A DNA stretch of 64,000 nt from IMG/VR virus record IMGVR_UViG_3300044796_000394, one strand, 5' to 3'. The stretch's first letter is position 1. Each line of letters begins with the position of its first letter. Origin of the DNA: a virus. Taxonomy: Duplodnaviria; Heunggongvirae; Uroviricota; Caudoviricetes. Made by a program: the position numbers and the translations under genes. Shown here in pieces: positions 40,087 to 49,081 of the stretch. Under the pieces are notes generated by a model. It was given only the letters and a program-made list of their open reading frames with translations. It was not told the origin of the DNA and searched no databases.

Positions 40087-40479
40087 TTACCGCCATGTGG
40101 ATAGATAAAGTTGATCCCCTTCTCGATAGACGAAAAACGCTTCCTTTATAATGGTCTCTGCGTTCAGTGTTTTCTCTGCTTCGCCTATCAAACAATTGTA
40201 GTGTTCAACTACATTAGTTGATATTTTCTCCACAACAACAACTTCGCCGAAATAGTCGGAAAGTAATTTAACTTCATCCCCATCGACGGTGTTCAAAAAA
40301 TCCAATATGACTTTTTGTCCCATCGCTTTCAGATCGGGCGACTGTTTGGATAAAGCCCATGTGTGGAAGAGGTGTTTTCGTTTAGGGAATTTTTTGCGCA
40401 ACTCGCTATCTTCAAAAACGAGTTTTTCAACATTATAAAGGGTAATTGTTTTAGCCATCATTATATTACAGTGGCACAA
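40087..40479 (-). CDS. Hypothetical protein
   Basis: About 125-aa ORF. Confidence 0.55.
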   Translation of the reverse strand: MCHCNIMMAKTITLYNVEKLVFEDSELRKKFPKRKHLFHTWALSKQSPDLKAMGQKVILDFLNTVDGDEVKLLSDYFGEVVVVEKISTNVVEHYNCLIGEAEKTLNAETIIKEAFFVYREGDQLYLSTWR

Positions 40480-40496
40480 CCTAGAGAGTTAAAAAA

Positions 40497-41579
40497 ATGA
40501 GTGAAGATAAATCTTTCAAGCAACAACGTAAGCCAACTAACCCGTTGGAAGGCTTTAATTTGGATGATGCTGCTGGTGTCATGGATAAGATCAAAAATTT
40601 AGAAAAGAACTATCAGGCATCCGACCCCTTGGCAGAGAAGCTAGGTGGCAATATGCCTTTCGGACTAGAAGGAAACGTGCCTCCCGAAGTTGCTAACATG
40701 TTTAAGAAAGACGGACTTTCGCAAATCAACAAGCAACCCGAACCAGCTCCCGCACGACCAATATCTCGTCCCAAAGTTAATAATACCAAACTTGATGAAC
40801 TCCTTCAAGCTCTCAAACCTTCTACCGCTCAGTACGAAGAAGCCATTCTCCCATCGTACTCCAAATTTTACAACAACGGTGAAGCACCCGAAGGTGGCAT
40901 CATTCACGTACGACGAATGACCGGTGATGAAGAAGAAATTTTAGGTACGCCTCGGTTCTTGAAAAAAGGCCAAGCAGTTGACATGATCTTTGAAAATTGC
41001 GTTAAGGAAAAAATCAGTCCTCAACATTGGTTAACTGTTGATAGAACTTATCTCTTGATGTATCTTCGTGGCATCTCATTGGGTACGCAATACGACGTTG
41101 AATTAACTTGTCCAATGTGTTCGGCGAGATTTGAATCCGTTATCGATTTGGATACTTTGCGAGTTCGCTATTGCCCGAAGGATTTCAATCAAGATTCATT
41201 GAAAGGTGAATTGCCGATCAGTAAGTTCAAGTTTGAGTACAGATTGCCAACCATTGTTGATGAAATGAAAATTGGCGAATACTACGACAAGGTGATCAAG
41301 GAAAATCGCCAAGACGACAGCGCCACGTTCCGCTTGGCAACACTGATCGAGGAAATTGAAGGCTTGGATGAATTTTTCGCCTTGATGGAGTTAATCAAAG
41401 CGTTGCCGATTGTTGATTTTGCTTACTTGAGAGAAATCGTCAGCGACTCTTTGTTTGGAACTGAAACCAAAGTTGATCAATATTGCTTAGCTTGTGACAA
41501 AGAATTCAAGACGGAGTTGCCGCTGGGAGCAAGTTTTTTCTTCCCCCGCCGGAAGAAGGCAAGCCCAACCCGAGCTTAA
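40497..41579 (+). CDS. Baseplate hub / tail assembly protein (T4 gp26-like)
   Basis: LPS...Y, MTGDEEEIL, DRTYLLMYLRGISLG, two CxxC motifs and a terminal SFFFP. Confidence 0.8.
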   Translation: MSEDKSFKQQRKPTNPLEGFNLDDAAGVMDKIKNLEKNYQASDPLAEKLGGNMPFGLEGNVPPEVANMFKKDGLSQINKQPEPAPARPISRPKVNNTKLDELLQALKPSTAQYEEAILPSYSKFYNNGEAPEGGIIHVRRMTGDEEEILGTPRFLKKGQAVDMIFENCVKEKISPQHWLTVDRTYLLMYLRGISLGTQYDVELTCPMCSARFESVIDLDTLRVRYCPKDFNQDSLKGELPISKFKFEYRLPTIVDEMKIGEYYDKVIKENRQDDSATFRLATLIEEIEGLDEFFALMELIKALPIVDFAYLREIVSDSLFGTETKVDQYCLACDKEFKTELPLGASFFFPRRKKASPTRA

Positions 41580-41596
41580 GGATCAAAAAGCAGCTA

Positions 41597-41755
41597 ATGG
41601 AGGAGCAGTGGTTTTTCCTTTATAATTTCCACATGTCTCCACAGGAAACAAAGAAAATACCGATCTTTGATCGCAAATGGTTTATAGATAGATTTGTGGC
41701 ACAAAAAGCCAAAGAACAAGAAGCCTACGAACGTGAAGTTAAAAAGAAGCATTAA
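41597..41755 (+). CDS. gp51-like small protein (52 aa; not in the ORF track), possibly made as a -1 frameshift extension of the upstream gene
   Basis: MEEQWFFLYNFHMSPQETKKIPIFDRKWFIDRF...; this frame is open back through T TTT TTC at 41534-41540. Confidence 0.7.
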   Translation: MEEQWFFLYNFHMSPQETKKIPIFDRKWFIDRFVAQKAKEQEAYEREVKKKH

Positions 41756-41756
41756 A

Positions 41757-41861
41757 ATGAAAAATACCTTAATTTTTATTATGATGATCGTATTATTGAT
41801 AGTTCTTTTTTACGCTGGCTTGTGGTCATTGATTTACTTGGGACAACATTATGGAAGTTGA
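41757..41861 (+). CDS. Small membrane peptide (34 aa)
   Basis: MKNTLIFIMMIVLLIVLFYAGLWSLIYLGQHYGS. Confidence 0.4.
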   Translation: MKNTLIFIMMIVLLIVLFYAGLWSLIYLGQHYGS

Positions 41862-41862
41862 A

Positions 41863-41907
41863 TCACGGAAAAAAATAAAATCACGGATTGATCTAAATTC
41901 ACGGATT
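41863..41907 (+). repeat. Three TCACGGA direct repeats at an exact 18-bp period
   Basis: Copies start at 41863, 41881 and 41899, just upstream of an HTH gene. Confidence 0.85.
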
Positions 41908-41934
41908 ACCTTTCTACATACATTAGGATAGCGA

Positions 41935-42612
41935 ATGACCAACATTAGCATCAACAAAGCCGCTGCCATTCTTAACCTTCATGTTGATACGTTAAGAGAT
42001 TTGGACAGACGTGGTATTTTGATAGCGAATAAAACGACGGGTGGACATCGTCGCTATAACTCATTAGAGGTTTTTAAATTGGCGAACAAAAAAAATGGTA
42101 ATTTGACCAAATTCGAACGAACAATGTTGGCAACCAATTATTGGATACTGGCGTTGGGAAATTCGAAAGAAAAAGCTGAGTGGGAACGTAAAGCCGAAGC
42201 AGTTCTTTATGGTTATGAAGCAGAATATTTTCTTGATATGGATGATGACGTTTTATCATCAGATGATTGCCATGAAGTATCTGCTATTATGCAAATGTAT
42301 TGGATTGGACAACGAGAATATCAAAAATTGGATGATAAGTCTGGTATTACCGAATACCATATGACCAATTTAGGTTTTTCGGATGACAATCGTGCTGGAT
42401 ATGCACGATACCGAAAAAATGAAGATGGCCAAGAGTTATTTCAAGGCTTGGTTTCCGAATGTAAGGATTTCACCAAAATGGTTCCCAATGGTCTTGAGAT
42501 GGCCAGATACAGAAAAATGCTTTTGAGATGGAATTCAATCCAAAAAAATAAGAACATTGGTAAATTCGTTGATAAAGAAGATTTGATTGAAGTATTTGTC
42601 AATACCCACTAA
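41935..42612 (+). CDS. IS607-TnpA/MerR-type HTH fused to a YfbU-like domain
   Basis: ISINKAAAILNLHVDTLRDLD...TTGGHRRY, then LTKFERTMLATNY...GY...DCHEVSAIMQMY...LGF...YRKML, which resembles YfbU. Confidence 0.75.
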   Translation: MTNISINKAAAILNLHVDTLRDLDRRGILIANKTTGGHRRYNSLEVFKLANKKNGNLTKFERTMLATNYWILALGNSKEKAEWERKAEAVLYGYEAEYFLDMDDDVLSSDDCHEVSAIMQMYWIGQREYQKLDDKSGITEYHMTNLGFSDDNRAGYARYRKNEDGQELFQGLVSECKDFTKMVPNGLEMARYRKMLLRWNSIQKNKNIGKFVDKEDLIEVFVNTH

Positions 42613-42613
42613 T

Positions 42614-43492
42614 ATGAACCATGTAACATGGAGTCGTAAAATTAAAAAAAGAGACAAGATGTGCCAAACATGTGGCACATCTTGTCGCCTTGTCGCTCAT
42701 CATATTAAATCATGGGTTCAATATCCAGAATTTAGATATGATTTAACTAATGGCAAAACTCTATGCGAACAATGTCACAAAGACATAAAAATCAAACAAA
42801 ACCCCGCACAAAAACAAAGCAACCAAGATTATTCACAATTCGAACCAACTGGAGAAAAATACCATTATTGGAATGTGTTAAATAGCCAAGAACGGCGAGG
42901 TAAAAAATATTTCATTCTTTGTAAATGCAATTGTGGAACTATCAAATTCGTAGAAAAATGTGGACTCAAAAAAGGCAAAAGTAAAAGTTGTGGATGTTTT
43001 AAAAAAGAAATATTAATCCAAAATTTTTCTGGTAAAAACAATCCACAATATACTCATGGTCAATCGTTAAGAAAATCTTGGACAAAAGAATATCGTTGTT
43101 GGGTTGATATTAAAACTAGATGTTATAATGACAACCGTAGAGGATATGAGAATTATGGCGGCAGAGGAATTAAAATGTGTGAAACATGGTTGAATGATTT
43201 TGAACATTTTTTTGCCGATATGGGTAAAGCACCATCACCCAAACACGAGTTAGATAGAATTGATGTTAACGGCAATTATGAAAAAAACAATTGTCGATGG
43301 ATAACACATAGTCAAAATTGTTTAAATACCACCAAAAATAAATTTATAACATTGAATAACAAAACTCAAACATACGTTGAGTGGGAAAGAGAACTCCAAT
43401 TGACACGTGGTACAATAAGTCGTCGTGTTAAAAAAGGATATTCAATTGAACGGTGTTTGTCACCTGTGAAGGAGAGCAAAAATGAAGGATAG
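42614..43492 (+). CDS. HNH homing endonuclease (two nuclease-like modules)
   Basis: CQTCG...AHHIK...NGKTLCEQCH, then CKCNCG...SCGC, YGGRGI and LDRIDVNGNYEKNNCRW. Confidence 0.88.
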   Translation: MNHVTWSRKIKKRDKMCQTCGTSCRLVAHHIKSWVQYPEFRYDLTNGKTLCEQCHKDIKIKQNPAQKQSNQDYSQFEPTGEKYHYWNVLNSQERRGKKYFILCKCNCGTIKFVEKCGLKKGKSKSCGCFKKEILIQNFSGKNNPQYTHGQSLRKSWTKEYRCWVDIKTRCYNDNRRGYENYGGRGIKMCETWLNDFEHFFADMGKAPSPKHELDRIDVNGNYEKNNCRWITHSQNCLNTTKNKFITLNNKTQTYVEWERELQLTRGTISRRVKKGYSIERCLSPVKESKNEG

Positions 43493-44210
43493 AGCACAAA
43501 ATCCAGTAGTCGGTGATGAAATTCTGTTAAAGATGTTCGCAAGAAATTCGAACAATCTAGCGGACGTTTACAGTATTTCATCCGTTGACATCTACAAGAG
43601 AGAATGTACTGAAAAAACCTGTGATAATCCCGAAGGCAACATTCTTATTGAGTCGCTGACGGATTGTGTAGCCCGTACGGATACCGGAACCTATCAAGTT
43701 ATTCTAGGAACTTCGGCACCACAATACACCATCGGAAAGTATCACGATGTTTGGAACGTTATCTTCAAAGCAGGAGACGATGTAGCCAAGGTTAAACAAA
43801 ACTTTAGCATCTATCCCGACCTGTGGATTACAAGCCCCACTCCGGTAGTGTACAGTTTTGACTTCTCATTCACACCGAATAGAATCAGACAGGGTTCAAT
43901 CAAGTGGCTTATCATTCAAATTACACCTAATGTACCGAGGGCAACCGACTTACAGAGGTATTACGAGAATGTCGCCATTTCAGCAGACTTAAAGATCAGC
44001 ATTGAACAGAATTGCGGGCCATGTACACCAGCGGAACGGGACTTACGAATGATCGTGGATTGCGAACCAGTAACGACAAGGGACAAGGTGTTCGCCTACT
44101 ACAAACTGGATACGACCGAAATGGACTGTGGCATCTACGACGTTACGTTTACGTTGGACTTTGCCGGAAACCGGGAAGTGAGTCCCATCCAACAGTTTCA
44201 GATATATTAA
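43482..44210 (+). CDS. Hypothetical protein, probably structural (beta-rich)
   Basis: 242 aa; AAGGAG RBS; GTY, YHDVW and GIYDV motifs. Confidence 0.6.
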   Translation: MKDRAQNPVVGDEILLKMFARNSNNLADVYSISSVDIYKRECTEKTCDNPEGNILIESLTDCVARTDTGTYQVILGTSAPQYTIGKYHDVWNVIFKAGDDVAKVKQNFSIYPDLWITSPTPVVYSFDFSFTPNRIRQGSIKWLIIQITPNVPRATDLQRYYENVAISADLKISIEQNCGPCTPAERDLRMIVDCEPVTTRDKVFAYYKLDTTEMDCGIYDVTFTLDFAGNREVSPIQQFQIY

Positions 44211-44232
44211 GTCGCCTGCTAAATACAACACC

Positions 44233-44787
44233 ATGAGTAATGACGACGACGATTTTGATGTAGAAGACATACTTGGAAATCTTAACAAAAAAGACTCCAA
44301 GAAAAAGAAGATCAATAGCAAACGCAAAGGCAACAATGGCGAGCTAGACCTGATCCTTTCTTTGACCGCTCGTTTTCCCGGCAAGACATTTTTCCGTGTC
44401 GTAGGCAGTGGAAACCGTGGCTCGCAAGTTAGCTTGGGCGAACACAAGGAAATGTTCACTGGTGATATTGTCTGCCCACCTAATTTCAAATTTACCATTG
44501 AATGCAAATACGGATATGACGGTGTAGAAATGTTGTCGTTCTTTCCGGACGGACATCGTCAGGTCAACGAATGGATCAAACAAGCCGCAAGGGATGCCGG
44601 TAGCCTCAACAAACAACCTTTACTCTGTTGGCGCAAGCCCCGTCAACCTTGGCTGGCCTTCATCAAATGGGAAATGTTACAAGCAATCACCCCGCAACCT
44701 CTACACCATATGAGGTATAAGGATTACGGGGTTCTCTCTCTTAGCTCTCTGCTAACCCAACCGGATGAATTCTGGTTCAAGTCCTAA
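44233..44787 (+). CDS. PD-(D/E)XK nuclease, Holliday-junction-resolvase-like
   Basis: NSKRKGNNGE, GDI and FTIECK motifs; W..QA..D. Confidence 0.8.
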   Translation: MSNDDDDFDVEDILGNLNKKDSKKKKINSKRKGNNGELDLILSLTARFPGKTFFRVVGSGNRGSQVSLGEHKEMFTGDIVCPPNFKFTIECKYGYDGVEMLSFFPDGHRQVNEWIKQAARDAGSLNKQPLLCWRKPRQPWLAFIKWEMLQAITPQPLHHMRYKDYGVLSLSSLLTQPDEFWFKS

Positions 44788-45038
44788 TATTTTGGTGCTG
44801 GTGTACCTTCAACGAAACCCTTGTTCCATGCCTGATCTAGTTCGGCATCATATTGGGTGTATTTGGTATGATTGAGAGTGTACGGATTGTCTAGGGACGA
44901 CAATCGCTTCTGTCCGGCCATAAGTCCCGTGTCGTGGGCTTGCTTGATTTGTTCGGCTCTCTGTGCTTCACTTTGACAACCACAGATAAACATTAACGTC
45001 AACAATAACAATACTTTTTTCAACATTTGGTACTCCAA
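44784..45038 (-). CDS. Putative lipoprotein
   Basis: KKVLLLLTLMFICGC signal peptide/lipobox. Confidence 0.6.
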   Translation of the reverse strand: MEYQMLKKVLLLLTLMFICGCQSEAQRAEQIKQAHDTGLMAGQKRLSSLDNPYTLNHTKYTQYDAELDQAWNKGFVEGTPAPKY

Positions 45039-45072
45039 AAAACGCCCGCCGAATGGCGGGCGTTGGTTTTTT
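45037..45072. terminator. Intrinsic terminator
   Basis: AACGCCCGCC-GAAT-GGCGGGCGTT with flanking A/T tracts. Confidence 0.75.
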
Positions 45073-45299
45073 CACTGTTCGCTAATCGTCAGAGTTACTG
45101 TCGCTGAATGGGCCTCACTGCGAATCAGTGAGACCTTATCCATGATTCGCCGGAACTCTTCGGCGGTCATGTTTTTCGCTTGGATGGAGTTGTAAACCCC
45201 GGTGCGAAAACTTTCAAGCGACTTCACCATTTTGTCGTAAATGGCGTCAAACTGTTTAAGCTGTTCCACTTTGTACCCCCAAGGAACGGATGACTTCAA
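45072..45299 (-). CDS. Hypothetical protein
   Basis: Short ORF overlapping the end of the amidotransferase gene. Confidence 0.4.
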   Translation of the reverse strand: MKSSVPWGYKVEQLKQFDAIYDKMVKSLESFRTGVYNSIQAKNMTAEEFRRIMDKVSLIRSEAHSATVTLTISEQ

Positions 45300-46617
45300 A
45301 TTGGTCGATGATCTGACTCAACTCTCTGTTGCTCAGATGATTGCGAGCGGCTTCATCATGAACGCTCTTCTTGAGAACAGTTAAGTCCCCCAAGATTCCA
45401 TCCACATTTTTGCGGAACAACTCAAAGTCGATGTCGCCCTCAAAGGGCAGGTCTTGTGCTGTAACAACGACGCCGTTTTTCAACTCTTCTTCGCCGGGTT
45501 CCCGACTCACCGCATCGCTTCTTGGAGGGAGGGTATGCCCGTTGTTGACGCTATTTCTAGCGGGGTTCCCCACCTTTTTTTTTTCGCCCGCTGGCACAGT
45601 AGGAGTAGTCGGCTCTTCCTTCAAATCAGGCGGTACGGATTCGTCCGATTTGAGACGACACAAGACCTTCATCGGGGGCAGAGACACTTCAACCGGCTTC
45701 TTGAAGTTAAGTTTGTCATCCTCGTCTTCGGCTTGCCAGTGATCGATGTGCTTCGTCTTCGTGATCTTGAACTTACGAATCTGCCAAGGCTTGTTTGGGC
45801 CTTCTTCGTTTTCGTCCGTAGACAGGAGCCAGACTTGGTAGGGAGGGAACTCGATGATAACGTGATCGGCTGTGACGTAATCCTTAGCCGAAGGCGTATC
45901 TTCGATAACCGACCGCCAGATTTCGGCAGTGGAACAGAAGAAGATTTGGCCGAGCGTTTTCCGCATGTCGATCACCCACAGAGGGCGTTCTTCATCACGG
46001 AACAACCAGAGGTAGCGGGAATTGTCGTCCCCACGCTCTGCGATTGCCACGGCCATTGCGCCATAGTTAACACGGCTGAAGATTTCCTTCATACCGAGCA
46101 ACCGTTCGGCCAAAAACGTCGACATGGTAGGGAACTCTTCTTTGAGTTGAGTTTCCCGTTCCTTGGCGATGACTCTTGACGATTCGAACATGCGGAGCAA
46201 GATTTCGCTGTCACAATCGCTTTCAATGGAATACCGACCCTTCAAGGCCGAGAATTCCGGAATCTTCCCGTTGTGTACCATTGCGACACGACGGTCGTCT
46301 GATACGTGCGGGTGATTGTTCTTGTTAATTCTTTCCGGCCCGCCACCGACCGAAGTCGCCCGACAGTGACCGATGAACAAATCGACGCCGCCTTGAATGA
46401 AAGCGGGAACGTCTTTTTGCCAAATGTCTTGTTTAATGTACTCGGAACTCTTTTTGGGTTCCTTGTCGTACATGATCGAACCATCCGCAACCGAACAACC
46501 GTAAAAACCGGATGCGTCAGTGCCACGAGGTTCAGTTTTAACGAACAACTTGTTGAGCAAGTCGTAGGTTACTTTGGGGTCTTTGCTCACCCCAATAAAG
46601 CCGAAGATTCCGCACAA
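45256..46617 (-). CDS. Class II (Ntn) glutamine amidotransferase domain protein
   Basis: N-terminal CGIFG; RGTDASG, GHCRATS, NNHPH, HNG and CDSEI motifs. Confidence 0.9.
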   Translation of the reverse strand: MCGIFGFIGVSKDPKVTYDLLNKLFVKTEPRGTDASGFYGCSVADGSIMYDKEPKKSSEYIKQDIWQKDVPAFIQGGVDLFIGHCRATSVGGGPERINKNNHPHVSDDRRVAMVHNGKIPEFSALKGRYSIESDCDSEILLRMFESSRVIAKERETQLKEEFPTMSTFLAERLLGMKEIFSRVNYGAMAVAIAERGDDNSRYLWLFRDEERPLWVIDMRKTLGQIFFCSTAEIWRSVIEDTPSAKDYVTADHVIIEFPPYQVWLLSTDENEEGPNKPWQIRKFKITKTKHIDHWQAEDEDDKLNFKKPVEVSLPPMKVLCRLKSDESVPPDLKEEPTTPTVPAGEKKKVGNPARNSVNNGHTLPPRSDAVSREPGEEELKNGVVVTAQDLPFEGDIDFELFRKNVDGILGDLTVLKKSVHDEAARNHLSNRELSQIIDQFEVIRSLGVQSGTA

Positions 46618-46699
46618 AGTATCGCTCCTTTTTGTTCGTTCAAAACTCTGCGGGTGATTCGCAACTGTTTAGAACAGTTTAACATTTTAGAAAATACTA

Positions 46700-47119
46700 T
46701 CAAGCCCCAATGTTTTCTGGCGCCAGTCCATTTTCCGGCGATTCTTCTTCATCAGCATCTTGATCAGATGCCAAATCGTTAACGGGCACTTCGGAATCTT
46801 GGGTGATTTTCTCAATGACTGCAACCGCTCCAGCCAGTATACCAGACATATCTGATTTTTCATCTATAGCTTTACAGATGGCTACACCGACTTTTTGAAG
46901 CGATTTTAGAGAATTAAGATCCTCATCATCCCACCTACCATGTACAACACGACGAATTTGATTGATAATACCTTGGCTCGCACGAATCAAGGCACGATTA
47001 CCTAAATTCGGCGCATCTTCAGACAAACTCTGTAACGCAGACAAGATGTCTCCGACTTTTTGACCTAAATAATATTTGTTCTCATTAATGAGAAAGTTTT
47101 TGAAATGAATAGCTGCCAT
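46700..47119 (-). CDS. Hypothetical protein with a capsid-targeting-like N-terminus
   Basis: MAAIHFKNFLINEN; TATATA box 5 nt upstream. Confidence 0.6.
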   Translation of the reverse strand: MAAIHFKNFLINENKYYLGQKVGDILSALQSLSEDAPNLGNRALIRASQGIINQIRRVVHGRWDDEDLNSLKSLQKVGVAICKAIDEKSDMSGILAGAVAVIEKITQDSEVPVNDLASDQDADEEESPENGLAPENIGA

Positions 47120-47136
47120 ATTCTTATATAGTAGCC

Positions 47137-48159
47137 TTACAAAGCATATCGCAGCCAAATCGGCATCACACGCTGCAAGTAGTCCATGAACTTCCACAAT
47201 CCTATCCGACTGTCATTGTGGCCGTAACGATCCGTATAAGTTTCAGGAAATGCCATACCACAACCAAACAATCCCGGTGCAATAATGCCAGTTCTTGTAT
47301 CGTAAGTCAATTTCGCATTTTCACTGTACATGAATTCTTTGACCCTAATTCTCTTTGGAATAAATCCCGTAGCTACAACGATTTTATCACAAAACTTAAC
47401 ATTTTCTGTGAACGTTGATCTCACCAAATTGGGAATTTTCTTTCCAATTACCATCGTTTTCGTCCACTCTGCAACTTCGCCCTTCAACCCCTTATCATCG
47501 TACAAGGTATGATCTTCAAACTTAACAGCAAAACAAAACGGACTGCGGTAAACATTGGTGACTTTTTTGACCGGTAACTCAATGAGATTTTTAACGACTA
47601 ACATCGCTGAATGTGACGATCCAACAACCGCCACCTTATCTTCTTCAACAAAAGCTTCCCGACACTTTTCTGAATCAAGGGCAACTTCCAACGGAATCAT
47701 TTTTGGTCGTTTGATAAACTCATTATTTTCAATCTTATAAGTACCACCCGAAGCCATAATAATATTTTTGGCAAAGTAAACGGCCTTGTTTTGCATCGTT
47801 ACCTGCCAGCCACCTTCGCCTTCTTCAAGATCAACAACTTTACCCTTAATCGTTGGAATTTGTGATTTTAAGTTGTCCGTAACATCCATCAAAGGTTCGA
47901 TAATGTACTTTAATTGACAATTTGAATCAGGCGGCAATTCAAACAGTTCATGCTGAGGATGGTTTCCGAAAGACTTACAAGCAGTCAAAAACCTAACAAA
48001 CAACTCCACACGAGTATTGCTTGGTACATTTCGCCACTTGGAAAAATTGCCGACTTCAAAACTCTCATCAATCCAAACAACATCTTGTTTATTATCCAAA
48101 AGTTGTCCAACCGCTGCAATTCCTGCCGGGCCTGCACCAATGACTATCCAATCACTCAT
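47137..48159 (-). CDS. FAD-dependent pyridine nucleotide-disulphide oxidoreductase family protein
   Basis: VIGAGPAG, VAVVGSSHSA, ATGF and GLFGCGMAFPE motifs. Confidence 0.88.
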   Translation of the reverse strand: MSDWIVIGAGPAGIAAVGQLLDNKQDVVWIDESFEVGNFSKWRNVPSNTRVELFVRFLTACKSFGNHPQHELFELPPDSNCQLKYIIEPLMDVTDNLKSQIPTIKGKVVDLEEGEGGWQVTMQNKAVYFAKNIIMASGGTYKIENNEFIKRPKMIPLEVALDSEKCREAFVEEDKVAVVGSSHSAMLVVKNLIELPVKKVTNVYRSPFCFAVKFEDHTLYDDKGLKGEVAEWTKTMVIGKKIPNLVRSTFTENVKFCDKIVVATGFIPKRIRVKEFMYSENAKLTYDTRTGIIAPGLFGCGMAFPETYTDRYGHNDSRIGLWKFMDYLQRVMPIWLRYAL

Positions 48160-48176
48160 TATAATATCCTTGGAAA

Positions 48177-48377
48177 TTAATACTTCAAATCCTCGCCAGC
48201 CAGAACAGCTTCGAGCGGATTATAACATGCCTTATTCCATTTGTTCCATTGCGGAACAGTTACCCTAGCCTTGCAAGCAGGACACCAACGTTGACAACAA
48301 GCCGTTTCATCCAAATCATGATCCAATTCGTTTTGTGCCCAACGCAACACTTCCAACAAATCATTTTTAGTATTCAC
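48177..48377 (-). CDS. Small hypothetical protein
   Basis: CC..WCPAC motif; part of a coupled minus-strand run. Confidence 0.5.
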   Translation of the reverse strand: MNTKNDLLEVLRWAQNELDHDLDETACCQRWCPACKARVTVPQWNKWNKACYNPLEAVLAGEDLKY

Positions 48378-48380
48378 GAC

Positions 48381-48803
48381 TCAATCCTCGGAAATCAACA
48401 ACTTTTTTGGCGTTGGTTTTTTCTTTTTACCAACTCTAATTTGCAAATCTTTGTCCCACATGTTAAACATGTAGATGCCGGGCAAATCCTGCTCAAATGC
48501 CCGAAGACGATAACCCCACCCATCATCGCCAATCTCTGTTACGACGGCACGAATGCAATCTTTCATCAAGGTTGGTGAAGTCGAAACAACATAGACCTTG
48601 TCGCCAACTTTAAACTTCTCAGTCTTTCGCCACAATTTCAAAGTTTCTTCCGCACACTTGAGATGCTCTTCAGTGTACTCAAAAGAAAAAGGATTGCATT
48701 CGATTTTCCGTTCTTGACACAGTTTCCTGAAATGAGCCTTGGCATCTTTGCCAAGCATTTCAATCGTATCCACCTTCAACATGACTTTGGTTTGAATGCT
48801 CAT
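48381..48803 (-). CDS. Hypothetical protein
   Basis: KFKVGDKV (SH3-like) segment. Confidence 0.6.
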   Translation of the reverse strand: MSIQTKVMLKVDTIEMLGKDAKAHFRKLCQERKIECNPFSFEYTEEHLKCAEETLKLWRKTEKFKVGDKVYVVSTSPTLMKDCIRAVVTEIGDDGWGYRLRAFEQDLPGIYMFNMWDKDLQIRVGKKKKPTPKKLLISED

Positions 48804-49081
48804 CTCTTGAGCTCCACAACTTTTTTGATTTGGAACTTTGGCAAAACGGATTCGTTATCAATGTACTCAGTTGCCAGAGCAATTGCCTCTTCCCCCGACA
48901 TTCTGGGATGTTGATAAACGAGATTGTAAAAGATTTCCGCCCGCCGAGCTGTTCTCGCAGCATCATCAGGATCGGTGGCACTGTAAATTTCCTTGCCGAT
49001 GACACCCGTTGTTTCAACGAGGTACTTCTTCTTCGACCACTGGCTCATTCTTGATCCCCTTGCGTTCCATTGCGATTTCAA
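48800..49081 (-). CDS. Hypothetical protein (start likely near 49048)
   Basis: Overlaps the end of pyrG and the start of the next gene. Confidence 0.5.
   Translation of the reverse strand: MKSQWNARGSRMSQWSKKKYLVETTGVIGKEIYSATDPDDAARTARRAEIFYNLVYQHPRMSGEEAIALATEYIDNESVLPKFQIKKVVELKR

Noticed and set aside
41863-43492. Intact IS607 element
   Set aside because: No serine-recombinase catalytic domain and no TnpB; only the HTH and repeats resemble IS607.
45371-46782. Long + strand ORFs (45454-46179, 46306-46782) and similar antisense ORFs elsewhere, such as 49395-49994 and 4413-4946
   Set aside because: They are shadows of well-supported genes on the opposite strand or in another frame and have no recognisable motifs.
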